Shown: in pieces, positions 61,310 through 64,000 of the stretch
Layout: each line of letters opens with the position of its first letter
Numbering within the stretch: position 1 is the first letter of the stretch
Assembly (NCBI GenBank): GCA_026770705.1
Contig: JANJGN010000024.1
Coordinates: 27,714,001 to 27,778,000, forward strand
DNA from: Isurus oxyrinchus
Lineage: Eukaryota
Reading direction: 5' to 3'
Length of the DNA stretch: 64,000 bases
Notes under the pieces: model-generated
What the model saw: the letters and a program-made list of their open reading frames with translations, nothing else
Databases searched by the model: none
What the model was told of the DNA's origin: nothing
Position numbers and translations under genes: made by a program

Positions 61310-61900
61310 GGGCTGAATGTTCTGTTCAGCGTGCGGGGGTGGGGGTGACTGTGCATCCCTGTGTCACTGTGCATCATTCTGATCCTTAGTTCGGCGGGCA
61401 CACACCGGAGTTGGCTGGGTGCCAGCCTAACTGTCAAAGGCCTGTTAAGGCCATTAATAAAGCAATTAAAGATATTGACAGGGCTGCCTGTCCAACCTTA
61501 AGGTTGGCGGGCAGGTGAAGAGCCCAGGCAGCCTTCACATTTTTCATGAAACCTCATCCACGGGCGGGATGGGGTTTCATGAATGATTTATTAATGAAAT
61601 AATTTTTTTTTAATCGCAATTCGTTAACAGGTCCCAGCTCATGTGACACTATCACATGAGGGGGCATGTCTGAATAAGTTTATTTTTTTTTCAATGTTTC
61701 ATGATGAAATTAATCTCCCTGAGGCAGCTCCGTGCCTCAGGGAGATTACTGCGCTCTTCCACGCAAGAGCGCAGGCCCTGACTCTTCCTCCCCCCCCCCA
61801 CCCGCACAGATAGCGCTGAGCGCTTCCAAGTGCACATCACACTGGGTGTGCCTTAATTGGGTCGCCCACATAAAACGGCAGCGCGCAGCTGATGGTGGAC
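61310..61900 (+). mobile_element. Hairpin-array Harbinger-like MITE copy, 3' truncated
   Basis: Starts GGGCTGAATGTT; same hairpin series as 41832-42504; abuts a PLE tail. Confidence 0.8.
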
Positions 61901-62275
61901 GGTGAAAAACTCAGCAGGTCTGGCAGCATCTGCACAGAGAGAAACGGAGTTGGCGCTTCAAGTCCGTATGACTCTTCTTCAGAGCTAAAGAGAAGTAGAA
62001 GTGTGATGGATTTTATACTATTTAAGAGGGGGTGGAACATGTGGAACGAAATAGAAGGTCAAGGCTAGGTGACAGTTAAGGAGAGATTAACAAAGAGGTC
62101 ATGGACGCAAGACAAGAGAGTGTTAATGGTAGTGGTAGTGGTAAAGAGTAAAAGAGTGCTGATAGTGGCATAAAGTTAAGATAGCAGAAGGTATTAATAG
62201 CAGAACAAGGGTCAGCACTCTGTGAAATCAAAACATAAGAACAAGTGACAGATGGACCTGTGGGGGGGGTTTGCG
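61901..62275 (-). mobile_element. Penelope-like pseudo-LTR fragment with a degenerate hammerhead (61946-61986)
   Basis: Reverse complement CTGAAGA-A-GAGTC-ATACG-GACTT-GAAGC..GATGCTGCCAGACCTGCTGAGTTTTTC. Confidence 0.75.
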
Positions 62276-63349
62276 GAAAAAGGATAAAAAGAATGAACAA
62301 ATTAAATATACAATATTGCATATGAGTTGACTCACACTGCATTATATCTATCTGTACTATTACAAGGATAAACAACAGCATCCCCTTGTGTCTTGGATCA
62401 GCTCATCACGTCTATCACAGATGTACATCTTCAATTTTTCCAAAGGCAGATCTAGTTACCAGTAGCTGAAATGAGGCTGGAGTTGAATCATTAAGAGACT
62501 TTATTCCACAGTCGGAGCAATATACAGAGATTTACCGAGTTCAATGGATATAATTCATTTCCAAAGAATAACATAGCAGACCTCAGATAAAGTGGATTGT
62601 TTTGGTTATTGATTCTGCCTCTTTTAGGGTCCCACTGTCTTCACGGCTTCTCTGTAACAAACCGCTGATTGCCTTTTTAATGTTTGTTTCTCTTTCCCCC
62701 AGCTTCATCGACAGAGATCGAAGTGTTTTCAAACAGAACAGGGGAGAACTGTTTTCTGATTATCCAGCCAAGCTAAGGAATTATTTATTGATTAGCCTTT
62801 GGGAAAACAGACCTTTAGCATATTAACCAGTCTTTCACTGGGCATCCTTGTGAAACTTGTCAGAATAGACATTGGTGATCTTGAAAGGCAGCATTGAAAA
62901 TAACTCCTTTATCTTCCAAATCCTTCTCCAGAAAAATGATCAAAATTCATTGTAAAAGTGTAGAAGGCACATTGGGTTGTGTTTAATTTATGGCTGAAAT
63001 AGGTGTCACAGATCACCCTGATCAGTTTAAAAGTGTCTCACATCGTCTAAATTGTTAAGTACCTAAAGTGGAACTGAGCAATCTAGACCATGATGGAACA
63101 AAATTTGATCCCTGGAGCAGTGGTGAATGAGGCCAAAATGCCCTCAAGGAAGAACGTCTCGATGTCAGATTCTGGCCATCAAAATTGTGCGAGTGAGTAC
63201 GTTGAGGGAGAAACAGATCTGGTTCGTTGTGCTTCGCCCAGAACTAAGTAACCTTTTTAGACTCAATGAATAACTTCACGCCTGCAGAATAATCATTTGC
63301 AGGAAGGTGGAAGAATCAGTAAGTGGATGAAACTCATGGCACTGTAGGC

Positions 63350-63875
63350 CCTTGCCTCCTCCGCATCAGGTGGCAAGAAAGCCAATCCAACAACAGCATC
63401 GTCTCCCAAGTCAACATGCCCAATATTGAGGCACAAATCACTCAAAACCAGTTCCGTTGGGCAGGGCATGTCACTTGCATTCCTGACATCAGAATCTTGA
63501 AGCAACTGCTCGACATGTAACTCAGTCGTGGCAGCAGGCTCCAGACGGAAGCGAAAATGCTAGGGATGTCCTCAAAGCAGCCCTGATTAGGACAAATATC
63601 CCTGTCGACTCACTGGAGTCCATGGTTTGTGTCCATTTGGGAAGGCACTGCACACATCAAGAGACTTCATCGGGAACTTGCAGGGGCAGAAATTGAGGCA
63701 TCGAAGAGTATGCGCAAACTGACCAACACCTCATCCACCTGATCCTCCAAGCACCACCTGCCCTATGCATAGCAGAACGTACAGATCACGCATTGGACTT
63801 ATTAGCCAACTCGGAACCCATCGAACTGGAGTGGAAGCAAGACATCTTTGATCTCGAAGAACTACCTAAGGAGAC
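63350..63875 (+). mobile_element. RTE-clade LINE 3' fragment
   Basis: CLLRIRWQE..SNNSIVSQVNMPNIEAQITQNQFRWAGHV..IPDIRILKQLL matches the RTE LRWAGHV.RM.D.R.PKQ motif. Confidence 0.8.
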
Positions 63876-64000
63876 GGTAACCCCAATGTGAGTGAGTACT
63901 TACAAGAGGAGGGGGAAAATGGGAGCTGGGGGAAAGAGGGAAAGAGAATAGAAGGGGAGCAGAATAGTCAAAATGGAGTTGGGGAAATGCCTTCTATTTG

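Noticed and set aside
62680-62826. Strong pyrimidine tract plus AG followed by an open frame (FIDRDRSVFKQ..)
   Set aside because: No donor site or recognisable protein; more likely non-coding.

Overview
This is a repeat-rich, apparently non-coding window of a vertebrate genome. The repeat repertoire (CR1/HER1-like LINEs, Deu-domain SINEs, Penelope-like elements, Harbinger derivatives) points to a cartilaginous fish such as a shark; that assignment is an inference. I recognised no host protein-coding exon: the ORF-track peptides I could identify are transposon fragments, and the rest look like chance ORFs. Main contents: (1) a young 5'-truncated Penelope-like element (RT + GIY-YIG, one internal stop, 14-bp TSD) with a minimal hammerhead ribozyme motif, plus several short hammerhead-bearing PLE tails; (2) a near full-length decayed CR1 nested in another LINE and itself carrying a SINE; (3) further CR1, L2, RTE and Tx1-like fragments; (4) solo LTRs; (5) Harbinger transposase remnants and several non-autonomous Harbinger-like families, one built from a string of perfect hairpins (6 copies). 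The most unusual structure is three Tx1-like 3' ends stacked at one TATA-box-like target inside a small LTR-like host (12399-13278). All family assignments were made by eye from motifs, without any database search.
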